A stretch of 64,000 nt of DNA from Azolla caroliniana (Eukaryota > Plantae > Polypodiophyta): NCBI GenBank assembly GCA_043228905.1, contig JBHGNT010000010.1, forward strand, positions 21,266,001 through 21,330,000, in the 5' to 3' direction. The position numbers and the translations under genes were made by a program. The notes beneath the pieces were generated by a model. The model did not search any database and was not told the DNA's origin. It saw nothing but the letters and a program-made list of their open reading frames with translations. Positions within the stretch are counted from its first letter, which is position 1. Each line of letters starts with the position of its first letter. This document shows positions 1 to 13,257 of this stretch, piece by piece.

Positions 1-5
1 ATAGG

Positions 6-292
6 TTAAATATTATTTCATGGAATGTACGGGGCTTAAGAGGCAAAAATTGTTGTAAAGTAAGGAGTATTTTCCGTCGACAATTTAGGAAGTCTTTGGT
101 AGGTAGGATTGATGTTCTTCTTATTCAAGAGCATCATTTAAATGAGCAAAGGATTCAAAAATATGGAAATATGATGCCAGGCAAGTGGAGACAGTTCTGG
201 GTGCCGGCAGTTGGTGATAATTGTTTGAAAGTGAGACTTTGCATTGCATTAAATGATATTTGGTTGGGCTCTTTCTTGCATTATGGAGTTTT
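6..292 (+). pseudogene. LINE ORF2 AP-endonuclease relic, 5' part (split by copia insertion)
   Basis: Frame starting at 6 reads LNIISWNVRGL...DVLLIQEHHL, N-terminal motifs of LINE APE domains; one in-frame stop. Confidence 0.8.
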
Positions 293-936
293 TGTTAGGA
301 AACAAGTCCCTCCGGATGGGAAGTGAGAAGAACAGTGTTGATGAGCAACTCGGCTGAGGCCGAATCCGGATGTGGAGTACCCGGCAACGGAAGACCCGGT
401 GAGAACCGGATGATGAGTACCCGGCAATGGAGGACCCGGTGAGAACCGGATATTGCAGGGCCCGTGAGAACCTCTCATCGGATGGAAGGGACATATGTGT
501 AAATATGTTCTAGAGAGCCCATTGGGGCTATATTTGTAAATAGCCCGAAAGTCATATTAGTATAAATATGACCTACGGCAAACTTAATAGTTATGATGAT
601 AGAGTTATTGGTATAACTCCTGTACAGTGCGTAAGAGAGAGAGAGAGAGAGCGATATACAGAGATTGTGTCGCTGTTGTAACCGCCGCTAGGCGAAGATT
701 GTGAGCAAGAGGTCGTTGCCTCTATGCTCCCTGTTGTATTCTTCTTACAAAGCGATAGTTTGGAGTCTGTGGACTCCCAGGGTTTTTCCCTCCCAGGGTT
801 TTCCACGTTGATATCTAGTGTATTCTCTTTCTGTTTTGTGTACTTACCTCCATTCCCATTTCGTCCGTGTTTTGATTGTCACCAAGTGATCTATGCTTCG
901 GTTGTGGCCGGAGATTAATCCGCGTATTACACGTCA
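293..936 (+). repeat. 5' LTR of copia element 1
   Basis: TGTTAGGAAAC...TACACGTCA; roughly 95% identical by eye to 5005-5646; contains an internal 40-bp tandem repeat (~366-470). Confidence 0.95.
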
Positions 937-939
937 AAT

Positions 940-951
940 TGGTATCAGAGC
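940..951 (+). promoter_or_regulatory. Primer-binding site (tRNA-iMet)
   Basis: TGGTATCAGAGC 3 nt after the 5' LTR. Confidence 0.95.
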
Positions 952-971
952 GAAACGACACAGAAAAAAAA

Positions 972-3900
972 ATGGACGATTCGTTGCGAGGCATGTTCAA
1001 GCTCACCGGCTCCAATTACTCAATGTGGAAGTCGAAGATGAGGGACATGCTCGTGGTTAAAGATCTTTGGTTGCCGGTTCAGTTCGGGGACAAGAGACCG
1101 GACAAAATCGATGCCACGATATGGGAGGTGATACACATGAAGACAACGGCATACATATGGTGCTTCATCGACATGAGTCTATACAACAACTTCAATGAAG
1201 AGAGCAAGACTCATGAGCTCTGGGAGAAGATCGACATTATGTTTCAGAACAAAAATGATGTTAATCAGGTTTCAGTATTTCAGAAGCTAGTAAGACTCCG
1301 GTACCAAGACGGCTCTAGCATGGCGGAGCACATGAATGCCTTCCAGGGGCTGATCCACCAGGCAACATCATTGGAAGTACCTCTCGCCGATGAGGTACTA
1401 GCACTACTCCTGCTCGGTTCCCTCCCAGATAGCTGGGAGACATTGGTTGTCACTTTGGGCAACGCCGGGCCGGAAGGGAAACGGTTATCCCTAGCAAGAG
1501 TGAAGTGGAGCTTGCTAGATGAGGAGGCGTGTTGGAAAGACAAGGATACGAACTCCGACTCCAAAGCGCTCATTACCGAATCAGAACGCGGAAGACAAAG
1601 GAACCGTAGTCCCTAGAACTGTGAAAAGTCGGGGACACGATCAAAGTCAAGGGGAAGGTCTACCTGCTTCTATTGCGGCAAGCCGGGACACTTCCAGAAG
1701 AACTATCGGCACTTCTGAAAAGACAAGGAAACCGATGGTACCGATTCGAAGCGGACACCGGAACAGAACGGTAAAGACCGGAAGGGAACGACGGCAATCG
1801 CGGCAAGTGAAGAAGAGTTGATGCTCATCACCGAGGAGAGTGAGTTGAACCTTACCGGCGACGAGACAACGTGGGTTGTTGATTCCGGAGCGTCGTTCCA
1901 CCTTACCCCGGACCGTAAATACTTCTCATCCTACACAATCGGTGATCACGGTTGTGTCCGGATGGGGAATAAAGGTACATGCCGAATTGTCAGCATAGGA
2001 GACGTGTGGTTGACAACACCAACCGGATGCAAGCTGTTGTTGAAGGATGTCTGACACGTTCCGGAGGTTCGACTGAACCTGATATCAGTCGGTCGGCTAG
2101 ATGATGAAGGCTACACGGGTAGCATCCGAAACGGAGTCATGAAATTCAGCAAAGGGAGCCTGATAGTGGCTTGGGCCCGGAAGGTCAACATGATGTACCT
2201 GATGAATGCCCGATTATGCCCGGAAGAAGTGAACGTGGCTTCCAACACTGCCGGTGAGCTGTGGCACAAGAGACTGTGCCACATGAGAGAGAAGGGGATG
2301 AAGAGGCTTGCCGATGACAACCTCATTCCGGTGAAGAACGTGCATCTTGAGTGGTGCACCGACTGCCTAGCCGGTAAGCAAAACCGAACCTCTTTCCGAT
2401 CAAGGCCACCGATGAGACGTAATGCACCATTGGAGTTGGTGCATACATATGTGTGTCAAGTGGACACGAAGTTCCATGCCGAAGGAGGTTGTGGGCCACA
2501 CCGTTGAAGACGAAGGATCAGGTGTTATCCGTCTTCAAGGAGGTCCACGCGAGAGTGGAAAGAGAAACCGGACGGAAGCTGAAGGCGGTTCGAGCAGATA
2601 ACGGAGGAGAATACCGGGGGCAGTTCGAGGAGTACTATCACTCGAAGGGAATCCGGCTCGAATTTACCGTGCCGAAGACGTCGGAACTAAACGGGCTAGC
2701 CGAGAGGATGAACCGGACCATAATGGAGAGGGTCCGGAGTATGCTAACACATGCTAAACTACCCAAGACGTTTTGGGTTGAGGCACTGTCGACAACGACG
2801 TATGTGAAACAAATCACCCTCAGTACCCTTGGATGGAGACACACCACAGAGAGTCTGGACCGGTAAGGAAGTGTCCTACCGGCATCTGAAGGTATTCAGG
2901 TGTCTTGCGTACGTGCATGTAGCTAAGGACCGGAGAGGAAAGCTAGATCCGAAGACCCGGCCATGCATATTCCTCGGTTACGGCGATGATGAGTTCGGCT
3001 ACCGAGTGTGAGACCCGGTCAACCAGAAAGTATTCCGGAGTCAAGATATTATCTTCATGGAGGACAAGACGCTTGCCGACTGGGAGTCGGAGAAGAAGAT
3101 AATGAACTCCGAGTCGACCGGTAAGGAAAATTTTCAATTTGATGAAATGCAGTTCCAACCGGCAAGAAGTCGGTTAGCACTCGATGAATCGGCCGATGAT
3201 GGCGAGGAGACAAAATCGGCCAAAGAAGAAGGAATAGGTGAAACCGAAACTGGACAAGACCCCGAATCAGATTCGAATGAAGAGCAAAACCCCAAATCGG
3301 ATTCGGATGAAGAGCAAATAGAGGAGCCAATTACCGAAGCCCAAGGACGTAGATATCCTCTCAAAGAGAGAAGGGCCCCCGAAGATTTCCGGATCCAGAG
3401 CACGTGTTGCTAACCGATGAGGGGGAGCCAGAAAGCTTCAAGGAAGCTAAAAGTAACGCCCATAGCCACAAATGGTTAAGTGCCATGCAAGATGAGATGG
3501 ATTCCCTGCATGAGAACCATACATATGAATTGGTGGAGTTGCCGAAAGGAAAGAGGGCACTCCGAAACAAGTGGGTGTACAAGTTGAAACCGGGAGATGC
3601 CGGCAACCCTCCAAGGTACAAAGCTAGGATCGTGGTGAAGGGGTTCCAGCAGAAGAAGGGTGTGGACTTTGATGAGATATTTGCCCTAGTAGTAAAGATG
3701 ACTTCCATCCTGATGGTGCTAAGCATAGCGGCAAGCATGGACCTCGAGGTAGAGCAGTTAGACGTGAAGACGGCGTTCCTCCACGGCGACCTCGAAGAGG
3801 AGATCTACATGCAGCAACCAGAGGGATTTGTGAAGAAAGGGAAGGAGCACCTGGTTTGTCGGTTAAAAAGGAGCCTCTACGGGTTGAAGCAGGCTCCTCG

Positions 3901-5000
3901 ACAATGGTACCGGAAGTTCGACTCCTTCATGACCGACCAAGGGTATCACAAAACGCAAACTGATCATTGCATGTTTGTAAAGAAGTTCGAAGGAGGCGAC
4001 TTCCTGATACTCCTTCTGTACGTGGACAACATGTTGATCGTCGGACAGGACAAGCCAAAATACGGATGTTGAAGAAGGCTCTCAACCAAACTTTCTCAAT
4101 GAAAGACTTGGGCCCGGCAAGACAGATATTGGGGATGCCCATCATCCGGGACTGGTCAAAGAAGCAATTGTGGTTGTCACAGGAGAAATACGTGACAAAG
4201 GTGCTTCAGCGGTTCAACATGTTAGAAGCGAAACCGGTCGGATCGACACTCCCGGCAAACTGCAGATTATCTAGTAAGCAAAGCCCGAAGACGAAAGCAG
4301 AGAAGGCGGATATGATGAAGGTTCCATATGCCTTTGCCGTCGGGAGCTTAATGTACGCAATGGTGTGTACTTGACCGGATATTGGATACGCAGTCGGAGT
4401 GGTGAGCCGGTTTATGAGCAATCCTGGCAAGGAGCACTGGAACGTGGTCAAATGGATACTCTGGTACCTGAAGGGCACTTCGAATATGTGTCTCCGATTC
4501 GGCTCCGGTAAACCTCAACTTGACAGATTTACCAATTCGGATATGTCGATTGATGTGGATACCAGCCGGTCTACATCCGGGTATGTAATGACATGTGCAG
4601 GGGGAACTGTTTCGTGGCAATCGAGGTTGCAGAAGACGATTGCGTTGTCAACCACGGAGGCGGAGTACATGGCGGCTGTTGAAGTCGGCAAGGAAATATT
4701 ATGGATGAAGGACTTCGTCGGAGAGCTCGGTATCCGACAAGATGAATATCGGCTCTATTGTGATAGTCAAAGTGTCATCCACCTTGCTAAGAACGCAACA
4801 TACCATTCCAGGACGAAGCATATCCAGCGTAGGTATCACTGGATCCGGGAGTGAGTAGAAGATCGAGAGTTCGCGCTGACGAAGATCCACATGACCGAGA
4901 ACGGGTCAAATATGCTAACCAAAGTACTGATACCCGACAAGCTGGATGCATGTCGGAAGCGGATCGGACTAGTAAGACATCCCATGCCGGAGTGAAGGGG
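972..5000 (+). pseudogene. Copia gag-pol, disrupted
   Basis: Motifs LTGSNYSMWK (gag), WVVDSGASFH (protease), LWHKRLCH and ADNGGEY (integrase), QLDVKTAFLHGDL and LLYVDNM (RT), STTEAEY (RNase H); many stops and frameshifts. Confidence 0.93.
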
Positions 5001-5002
5001 AG
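4990..5002 (+). promoter_or_regulatory. Polypurine tract
   Basis: GAGTGAAGGGGAG just before the 3' LTR. Confidence 0.85.
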
Positions 5003-5004
5003 TT

Positions 5005-5646
5005 TGTTAGGAAACAGGTCCCTCCGGATGGGAAGTGAGAAGAACAGTGTTGATGAGCAACTCGGCTGAGGCCGAATCTAGATGTGGAGTACCCGGCAAC
5101 GGAAGACCCGGTGAGAACCGGATGACGAGTACCCGGCAATGGAGGACCCGGTGAGAACCGGATGTTGCAGGCCCCGTGAGAACCTCTCATCGGATGGAAT
5201 GGACATATGTGTAAATATGTTCCAGAGAGCCCACTGGGGCTATATTTGTAAATAGCCCGAAAGTCATATTAGTCTAACTATGACCTACGGCAAACTTAAT
5301 AGTTATGATGATAGAGTTATTGGTATAACTCCTGTACAGTGTGTAAGAGAGAGAGAGAGCGCGATATACAGAGATTATGTCTTTGTTGTAACCGCCGCTA
5401 GGCGAAGATTGTGAGCAAGAGGTCGTTGCCTCTATGCTCCCTGTTGTATTCTTCTTACAGAGTGATAGTTTGGAGTCTGTGGACTCCCAAGGTTTTTCCC
5501 TCCCAAGGTTTTCCACGTTAATATCCACTGTATTCTCTTTCTATTTTGTGTACTTACCTCCATTCCCATTCCGTCCGTGTTTTGATTGTCACCAAGTGAT
5601 CTACGATTCGATTGTGGCCGGAGATTAATCCACGTATTACACGTCA
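5005..5646 (+). repeat. 3' LTR of copia element 1
   Basis: Direct repeat of 293-936. Confidence 0.95.
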
Positions 5647-5904
5647 GTTTTGACATGTGGTCGAGGTCAATATATAATTTTTCAAATAGGATTGAAAAAG
5701 TGGGGTCTGATGAATATTTATGCACCGAATCATGCAAGAGATCGAGCGATATTATGGAAATGCATACTTTCACAAGTACCTACTATGGACAATTGGGCGA
5801 TTGCAGGTGATTTTAATATGTTGGAGGATGTGAGTGATAGGTTAGGAGCCATACCACATACAATATCTGGTTCATATTTTCATATGGATATGATGAACTC
5901 TTAG
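5647..5904 (+). pseudogene. LINE ORF2 AP-endonuclease relic, 3' part
   Basis: MNIYAPN...WAIAGDFN APE motifs, in frame with 6-292 once the element and one TSD are removed. Confidence 0.85.
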
Positions 5905-8002
5905 ATGCAGCAACGATCAAGGAATCATTGTCAAAGAAGATATATCACTACAACATGTTGAATACGATGGAATTGGTGCTATGGGCTTTGGCATGGCATC
6001 AACATTACTTGGTGATATGGGCGCTGGCATGGCAACAACATTACTTAAGGAGAAGTTCATCGATTGTGGAGTTCATGTTTACAAACCAAGTTTGGTAAGA
6101 TGCAAGAAATTTGGAGGATTCATTGGAATTCTGGTGCAGAAGTTGCAAAGAAAAGAGGAAACTTTGGAAATGGAAGGTGTAACACACTATTTTATTAAAG
6201 ATGTAACAGGTAGGGCACCAGTGAATGCATTGATTACATGTTATGCAAATAGTGTAATAGTTTTGTGCCTTGAAGTTTTGGCAAAAATATTGGGTGACAA
6301 GGTCGAAATAATCTTAGACTGTAGTATTTGTGGTTTTCATAGGATGTCATGGATGCATCCATTGTCATGATGTTAGCCTATTCAGGTCGTCATGTATGCA
6401 GAATTTCACTAATGAAGCATATTTTGTTATGAAAAAAAAACAATAAGAGAGAATAATCAAATTGTGTCGACTATAGGTTGCTCAAAACAATCACAATACG
6501 AATTGGGTAAGGGTGAGCACCTCATGTGCTCCTTAGAAATGAAATATGGATACAATGGTTGAAGTTTAACCCTAAAATACATTTTAAGGCTCCTGTTTAA
6601 AAATTAGGTTGGGAAACAATACGAATGAATGTTGGGAAAGAAGAACTTGACTTAAAGGGATATAACTTGAGGTGCATGTACTTCCGAATATGCATCTACT
6701 TCCAAGGACTCGATTGGGAAAAAATGCCCGCCCTTTTTTAGTTGTTCATTGACAATCTCTCAAACTGTATTAAAGGGTTAGTAAGTGTTGAAGCTAATCT
6801 AGTGGAAATGATGTCATGATGCTTTGCTCTTTTCTAGTACCAATGATGTCAATGCTTACACCATGCTTTACAACAAGGAAAACCAATCACCATGATAACC
6901 ATACAAAGCTAATGGTGACTAATTTGAAGCATAGTTATGAGCATGACTTCCATTAACATTTGATACACTCTCCCTAGTAATAGGTGCTCATGACATGCTC
7001 TTACATCTTCTGTGTGATTGGCAACACACAACCATTGAAAACATGGATATTCTCAAATTAATTTACCTATATATGTTTGGCCAATTGCATGATTGTTGTT
7101 CTAGTTTGACTAGGATTTTAAAAGGAAATATAACATGGTTGAACACCAAGCCAACATTAGTCACTCCATAAATTTGGAATTAAGAGGCGCAATGCACGTG
7201 GGAGCATACTACATTGAAGGAACATGTGCTAGGAGCAAAGGCAAATGCATCGTAAGGTAATTTTAACCAACTAATGAAGTACAATAAAAGAAATGATAAG
7301 AATGAATGAAAGTGAGTACATGAACTTATATGAGGTATCGATCCTTGTAAAGAAGGGCCGTCGAGGAATGGAATGTACCGAGGGCATGGGAACCATCACG
7401 TCCTCATGAGAAGAGAAGGATATGAAGGTAATATAAAAGTAAGCAATTGCCAAAGAGATAAAGAGGGAGAGGTGCATCATCACTACGTAGCATCAGTTTC
7501 ATCATTGTTATCTAAAGCACAAAAGTAGTGGGATGTAAGCAAGTTTGATGCCTAGTGGTGGAATTTTTTGCAAGGTAGTTGATGTTCTCCATTTCCAGTT
7601 TAGATCCAGAGTGTTTGTTTGGAAAGAGATAATAAGGGTCATTGGACTCGATTGCCATTTTCAATTGGACTTGGCAATGACCCTTGAAAGTGCAACAATG
7701 CATTCTATGAGTCATGTTGGTCCCATTGAGAAAAGTTGATTCAATGGCTTGGTAATTCTCCAATGCTCTTGTCCATTTACGAGGTCATTTGTCATTAAAG
7801 TTGCTTTGCCATTACACTTTTTTTTTTGCCCCTTGATTAACATATTTAATAGACATACATGCAATATATGGTGTTTCTATATTTAATGCCATAAGCATTA
7901 TTCCATTGTGCATATAAAGCTTATGTACATATTGTTGCCTCATTGATGAAATTGCCAATTATATATCCCTTTTTCCCTTGAGTTGTCTCCATGCTAACTT
8001 TG

Positions 8003-8374
8003 ATTGGAGTTTGAACATTTGTGTTTTCTTCCTTTGTTGAATTTGATAATTTTGCTTATTCTTTCTCTTCGTCATTCTTTGACATTGATCAAATGTGGAC
8101 AAATTTTTCATATTTTGTGATCTTCAACATTTTGATATGAGCCTTGCATTCTTCATCGAACCAAACATTGTATGGAAACTAAGCATTCTTCATTGGAGTT
8201 TGAACATTTGTGTTTTCTTCCTTTGCTGAATTTGATAATATTGCTTATTCTTTCTCCTCATCATTCTTTGACATTGATACAATGTGGACATTTTCATATT
8301 TTGCGACCTTCAACATTTCAATATGAGCCTTGCATTCTTCATTGAACCAATCACTATATGGAAACTCAGCATTC
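8003..8374 (-). repeat. ~189-bp tandem duplication inside a probable degraded LINE ORF2 fragment
   Basis: Copies start at 8003 and 8192; minus strand encodes WFDEECK/WFNEECK, typical of the endonuclease-RT linker of non-LTR elements. Confidence 0.6.
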
Positions 8375-10901
8375 GATGTCCACCCACATTGAAATATTGA
8401 TGCTCTGCCTTGAGAATGACATATTTTAATTGCTCACAATCAATTTTCAAATATTTATTAAAAGAGAGGTTCATGGCTTGGCTAGTAACCTCCTTTAATC
8501 AATGAGAGAGAGAGAGAGAGAGAGTACCTCCTCCGTCATGAATGGGATGCAGATTACAAAGCTGGACACAATTTCGGCATCTTCCTAGTAGTGAGAGCCC
8601 TAGTTAGGATTGCATGACAAATGAAGCTTTCAAACATCGATATTCACACATTTTAAAGGGGCCCTGTTTTTGAAGTTCCAACGTTGTTGGGATAATTATA
8701 AATGCCTGAGCATATCATTACTCGATGTCATGCAACTTGTTTATACCAAAGAATAAATGCACTCCCTCTAACATCCTCCTTGTGCAGGAAAAGTAGAAAT
8801 TGAAAAAGCTATGTCAATAGGGATAAGTTATATACAATGTCCAATACTTTCTATAATTATTTATAATAATAATTTATATATATTCTCTTTCTCTTTTTCA
8901 AAGTTAAAGTTTTCTTACCAATGAGTGATAATATTTGTTTTTTATTGCAACATCGTTGCGATATTATATATATGACATGGTAGTTAGTTATTACACTACC
9001 ACCACCCATTGCATTGTCATACGGACCTACCAAAAGAAAGTTTGGAACCAATTTCACTAACATAATCAACTAATTATACATCTGCCCAAACTGATTAATT
9101 GTATGTGATTTAGAATCAACTTTACTGCCACATTGAAGAACCAAACATATGCTTGAGACCAATTTCACTATTATATCAACTAACCATACATGATTTAGAT
9201 CTAGTTTCTATTGCACTGTTGTTATTATGAACATTTATGCAAAGTGATACGACACACTATTGTTAGGTTTCACTAACCGTAAGTTGTCTCTGTTCTTCCA
9301 AATAGTTGTCCAAGGTCATCAATATTCTTGATACACCCACTTGTTTTGAAAGCCCACCTTTTTGAAAACCTTCTACAGTGGTCAATGGTAAGACAACTAG
9401 CTTATTCTTGAGAGTTCATTGATTAATCAAATAAACTCAAGAAAATGCACTTGGTCTTTTATGATAATTTTGTATTTTCTTATTAGGGATTTATTTATTA
9501 TTATTATTATTTTCCACCAATGGTTTATATTATGTCTAAAGTGATTATATGATACATGGAGACTTCCAAATATTCTTAACAACTTCATCATGGATTTTGA
9601 CCTTTTTCCAACTGCTCTTAGGCTGCCACAAACATTCATTACTACACCACATTTTGCATACATATTAAGGATTTATTTTAATGGCAACCTATCAAGGTTA
9701 ATGAAAACACAACCCCTTTTCTCTCTTCACGATAAACAATACCAACCACATGGCATTTAATTCTAGCATAATTGGACTAACATGAGCAAATGTTTTCTAA
9801 CATTAGAAAGTTTGTATGTTAATTAATTAGTTTGCTTAATATAAGTGCTTGCACATTGTGGTGCATAATTCCATTATCAAAGGTGTTATGGTCTGAGTAG
9901 ATTATGACTATATATGAGAATAATCAAACATATCAACATTTATGTTTTATACATGTTCCCAAAGTGTTAGGTACCAAGAAATTTCCCACAATATTAGGTG
10001 GGTCTCATAAAACTTTATATAACATTTAGCGATCAAATGCAACTCCTCTATATTGTTTATATAGTTTTTGAGAAAGAAAACACATTTTTCTAATCTATGT
10101 ATATGATGGTCACAAGCAACGACTCCATAATGTTTGCAATTAGCTTCCTGCATTGATACAAATGAAAATGCAAGATGAATTTGATAAACTAATCTAGTGA
10201 TAGAAATGCCAGAATTTATAAAATAAACTTCTTTCTTCAAATAAAAAATGTAAAATATAGTTTTTGTTTAAAAACCAACCCACGTGTTTTTTTTATCTAT
10301 ACACGTCGTTCAAGTTTTATACCAAGCAAAAGTTGTTTTCTTGAGACTCGAGACTCTAGATCTTTCATAAGGACATGATGTAATCCATAGGCTTAAGGGG
10401 GCAAATGGCCTCTTATCTAGGAAGTTGGAAGTCACACACAATCTTTGTCACGTCTGAGTATGATTGATTGGTCATCTGTTTTTTGTTTTTATCTCTATGT
10501 TGTTTATCCCAAATTTTTGTACATATGCCGCCTTGAACATAAATTATAAAGTAAGAAAAACAATGTTTGTGCAAAGTCACACTTTTTGGATATTTCACTA
10601 TTGTTAATATTCCGTCTACTTGTTTTTGTTCCCACTTCAATGGATATGTATGAAAATGCCACGAAGGAAGCATGTGATATCAAAGCACACACTCATTCGG
10701 GTAGTGGCTTGTTTAATAAGCAATGAAAGAAGGGAGCCAAAAGAACCAACATGTTTGTAGATCTCCCTTCTGGATAAACACAAACAACTCTTTGATGACG
10801 ATGCAAAAGTTGAGGAACAAATAACTCAAGATTAATCAAGGAATGCACAAACAAAGGTTTTGAGAAACAAATCACCCTCTTGGCGAGAGAGAGAGAGAGA
10901 G

Positions 10902-10980
10902 ATTAACGTCTTCTAAGATCAAAGTTGGCCCATGAGACAATTGGTTTACAATAAAAATGGGGTATTTACCCATTCATCGA
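10902..10980. repeat. ~80-bp dispersed repeat, copy A
   Basis: Reverse complement of 16945-17023 with about 6 mismatches; abuts (GA)n. Confidence 0.85.
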
Positions 10981-11366
10981 AAGTAAAAAAATAAAAATAA
11001 AAATAAAAAGAATAGAACTTAAGCTAAAGAGTTCTAGCAAAAACAAAAACGTGTTCTATAAGGAAATGACTTTATACTAGGCCTAGTTTCATTTCCATCC
11101 AAGTCTCTCTCGAAAAGAAGTGGTTTACCCTCACAACTTGATGATCCGACATGTGTTTCACTAACTTAGGTATCGTACGTTCTACATGCATATATGTGGG
11201 AAAGTGTGGGAAGTATTGTACTTGTGTGATGGTCACCATGGGAGTGTCCAGAAAACACGTACATAGGCTATAAGGGGGGAAATTAAATCTGTAATTCTCG
11301 CAAAACAAGTTGTGTGGGGCACCACCACCTTATATGCTAAAAGGTGGTTGTGTTTGTGTCAGCTAG

Positions 11367-11500
11367 ACTTATTGGGTTTGCATGCCCATAAGAATCTCAT
11401 TGTACTTATGGGGTTCGCTTGCCCATAAGAATCTCGTTGTAATGTATTGCATGGTATCTTAGACTTACATGGTTGGCTTGCCCATAAGAATGTCATCGTA
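11367..11500. repeat. Three ~37-bp hairpin-containing repeats
   Basis: Best copy ACTTATGGGGTTCGCTTGCCCATAAGAATCTC; copies at 11367, 11404 and 11463; stem CTTATGGG/CCCATAAG. Confidence 0.8.
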
Positions 11501-11799
11501 TTGTATCGTATGGTATCTTATCGTATTGTTATCATATCATATCGCATAGTATGGTATTTTGTATTGTAATTAAGTACATAGTTGTAGTGGTAATAAGAGT
11601 GGTTGTGTTGTCTTATCATGTCGTTTCAGAACATGTATGTACGTATACTAATATGTACACTCTACTTAAAAGACTACTACCTACTCAAGAAGATGAAGAA
11701 GAAGAAGAAGAAGAAGGAGAAGAAGAAGGTTGATATATTTGACGTTTATTTGCTTCTTGCTTTCCTTCTCTCTCTCTCTCTCTCTCATGCGCTTCTTGT

Positions 11800-12118
11800 C
11801 TGTTTACTTCGCCATGTCCACGACAGTCTTCTTCTGAGTCGAATCTTCTCTCTCTCTCTCTCTCTCTCTGTCGCATTCGTCTCCTGTTCGCTTCGCCATG
11901 TGCACGAGAACCTCAAAGGTATGTCTTTTTGGTCTGAGTTCTTCTTCTTCTTCTTCTATCGCTCTCATTCGTTTTCTGTTCACTCCGCCATGTACACGAT
12001 AACCTCCAAGATATATGTTTATTTTTATTTTTTTCCATCTGAGATTTTCACTTTCTCCCTCTCTTTTTGTTCCTGGTTCACTATGCCATATCCACCGAGA
12101 GCCGCCTCTAAGGTAAAC
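11800..12118 (+). repeat. Four ~90-bp tandem modules (pyrimidine tract, GCCATG motif, donor-like end) in the LKR/SDH 5' region
   Basis: TTCGCCATGT(C/G/A)CACGA-like cores with ATGs at 11814, 11898, 11990 and 12083; modules 2-4 end AAG|GTATGT, AAG|ATATAT, AAG|GTAAAC. Confidence 0.75.
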
Positions 12119-13257
12119 TTCCCATGAAAACCTGCAATCCATCTTTTCCAAATCTATCAGGAATATTATGTTTCTTCGTTGTTCTCCTCTTGTTCGTATT
12201 GTCTATTCCTGCTCCGTTTTTATGGTCCCGAAAATAGAATATAAATTATGATCGAGAATCTCCATCCTTGTTTTTGAGCATGCAATTAGTACATGAACAA
12301 TATTGGGAAAAAACCCATGGCTTTAATAAATCCTTGGCAATCAGTTTCCTTGTTTTGCAACTAATTACAAGTTCTGAAAAAGTATCCATATTTATTGTTT
12401 TGACCCGAAGCAAGGAAATGCCACGTCTTTCATTTCTGCATTCGACATTTTCTTCTGCACACGGTTACTTACGTTAAGGAAAGAGAAGTACAGAAAAAAT
12501 AACCTTGGTAATTTATCCTTCTAAAACAAAAATTTCAAGAATGTTGCTAGGAAAATTACAAAGAGAAGATTTGATGCTGCTAAAACTTGGCTTTCTTTAT
12601 TACAAGAAGAGAAATCTTATATAGCAGGACGTGGTAAAAAAAGAGTAAAATGTCAGCTAATTTATCCTTCTGAAACTGATATCTGAGATAACAATTACGC
12701 TGAGGAAACCTTGACTTAATATTATCCTTTTACAATTGGTTTATTTTGTTGCAGGAACTAGTAAAGAAACAGAGAAAACACATTGCCTAAAACATAGATC
12801 ATTAATATGGAAAAACAAGAGAGAAGATACAGTTTTTTCTTTACAAAGACAACTTCTAGCATCTTAGTTTAATTTTTCCTTATTAAACTAGTCTGTATTT
12901 ATACTTAGCGCTGGATAAACGTTTTTTAATGTCATGCCCAGTGCTACATATAATTCATATTCATCTAAAGATTAACAATGACAAGCATTTTAGGGTTAAT
13001 GGTTCAGATTGCGCTATGCACGTAATGCCATGATTAATTTCTAAGCCTAGTTCAACAGTATATTTTGTGAATAAGAATCATTAATGCATTAAATTGTGTT
13101 ATGCAGAATAAGTGTTTCCTCCTACTAAATGTTGCATTTGATTTTCTGTCTTTGGATGGCATTGTCTTCTATGCATCACAATTTAGTGCTGATTTTATCT
13201 TACTGAATGTGGTTAATGTGGGCTATTCTGTAGGAAGGGAGTACTGGTGTCGTCACC

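Larger units (their letters stand above)
293..5646 (+). mobile_element. Full-length decayed Ty1/copia LTR retrotransposon
   Basis: TG...CA LTRs at 293-936 and 5005-5646; 5-bp TSD GTTTT (288-292, 5647-5651); PBS TGGTATCAGAGC; PPT; gag-PR-IN-RT-RH order. Confidence 0.97.

Noticed and set aside
5981-6370. 129-aa ORF after the LINE relic
   Set aside because: No recognisable motif; likely TE-derived and cannot be supported as a gene.
11367-11500. Palindromic ~37-bp repeats resembling a CRISPR array
   Set aside because: No unique, regularly sized spacers, degenerate copies, no cas genes, eukaryotic context.
11603-12127. 174-aa ORF and its antisense ORFs
   Set aside because: Open because of GAA and TC microsatellites; no domain motifs.
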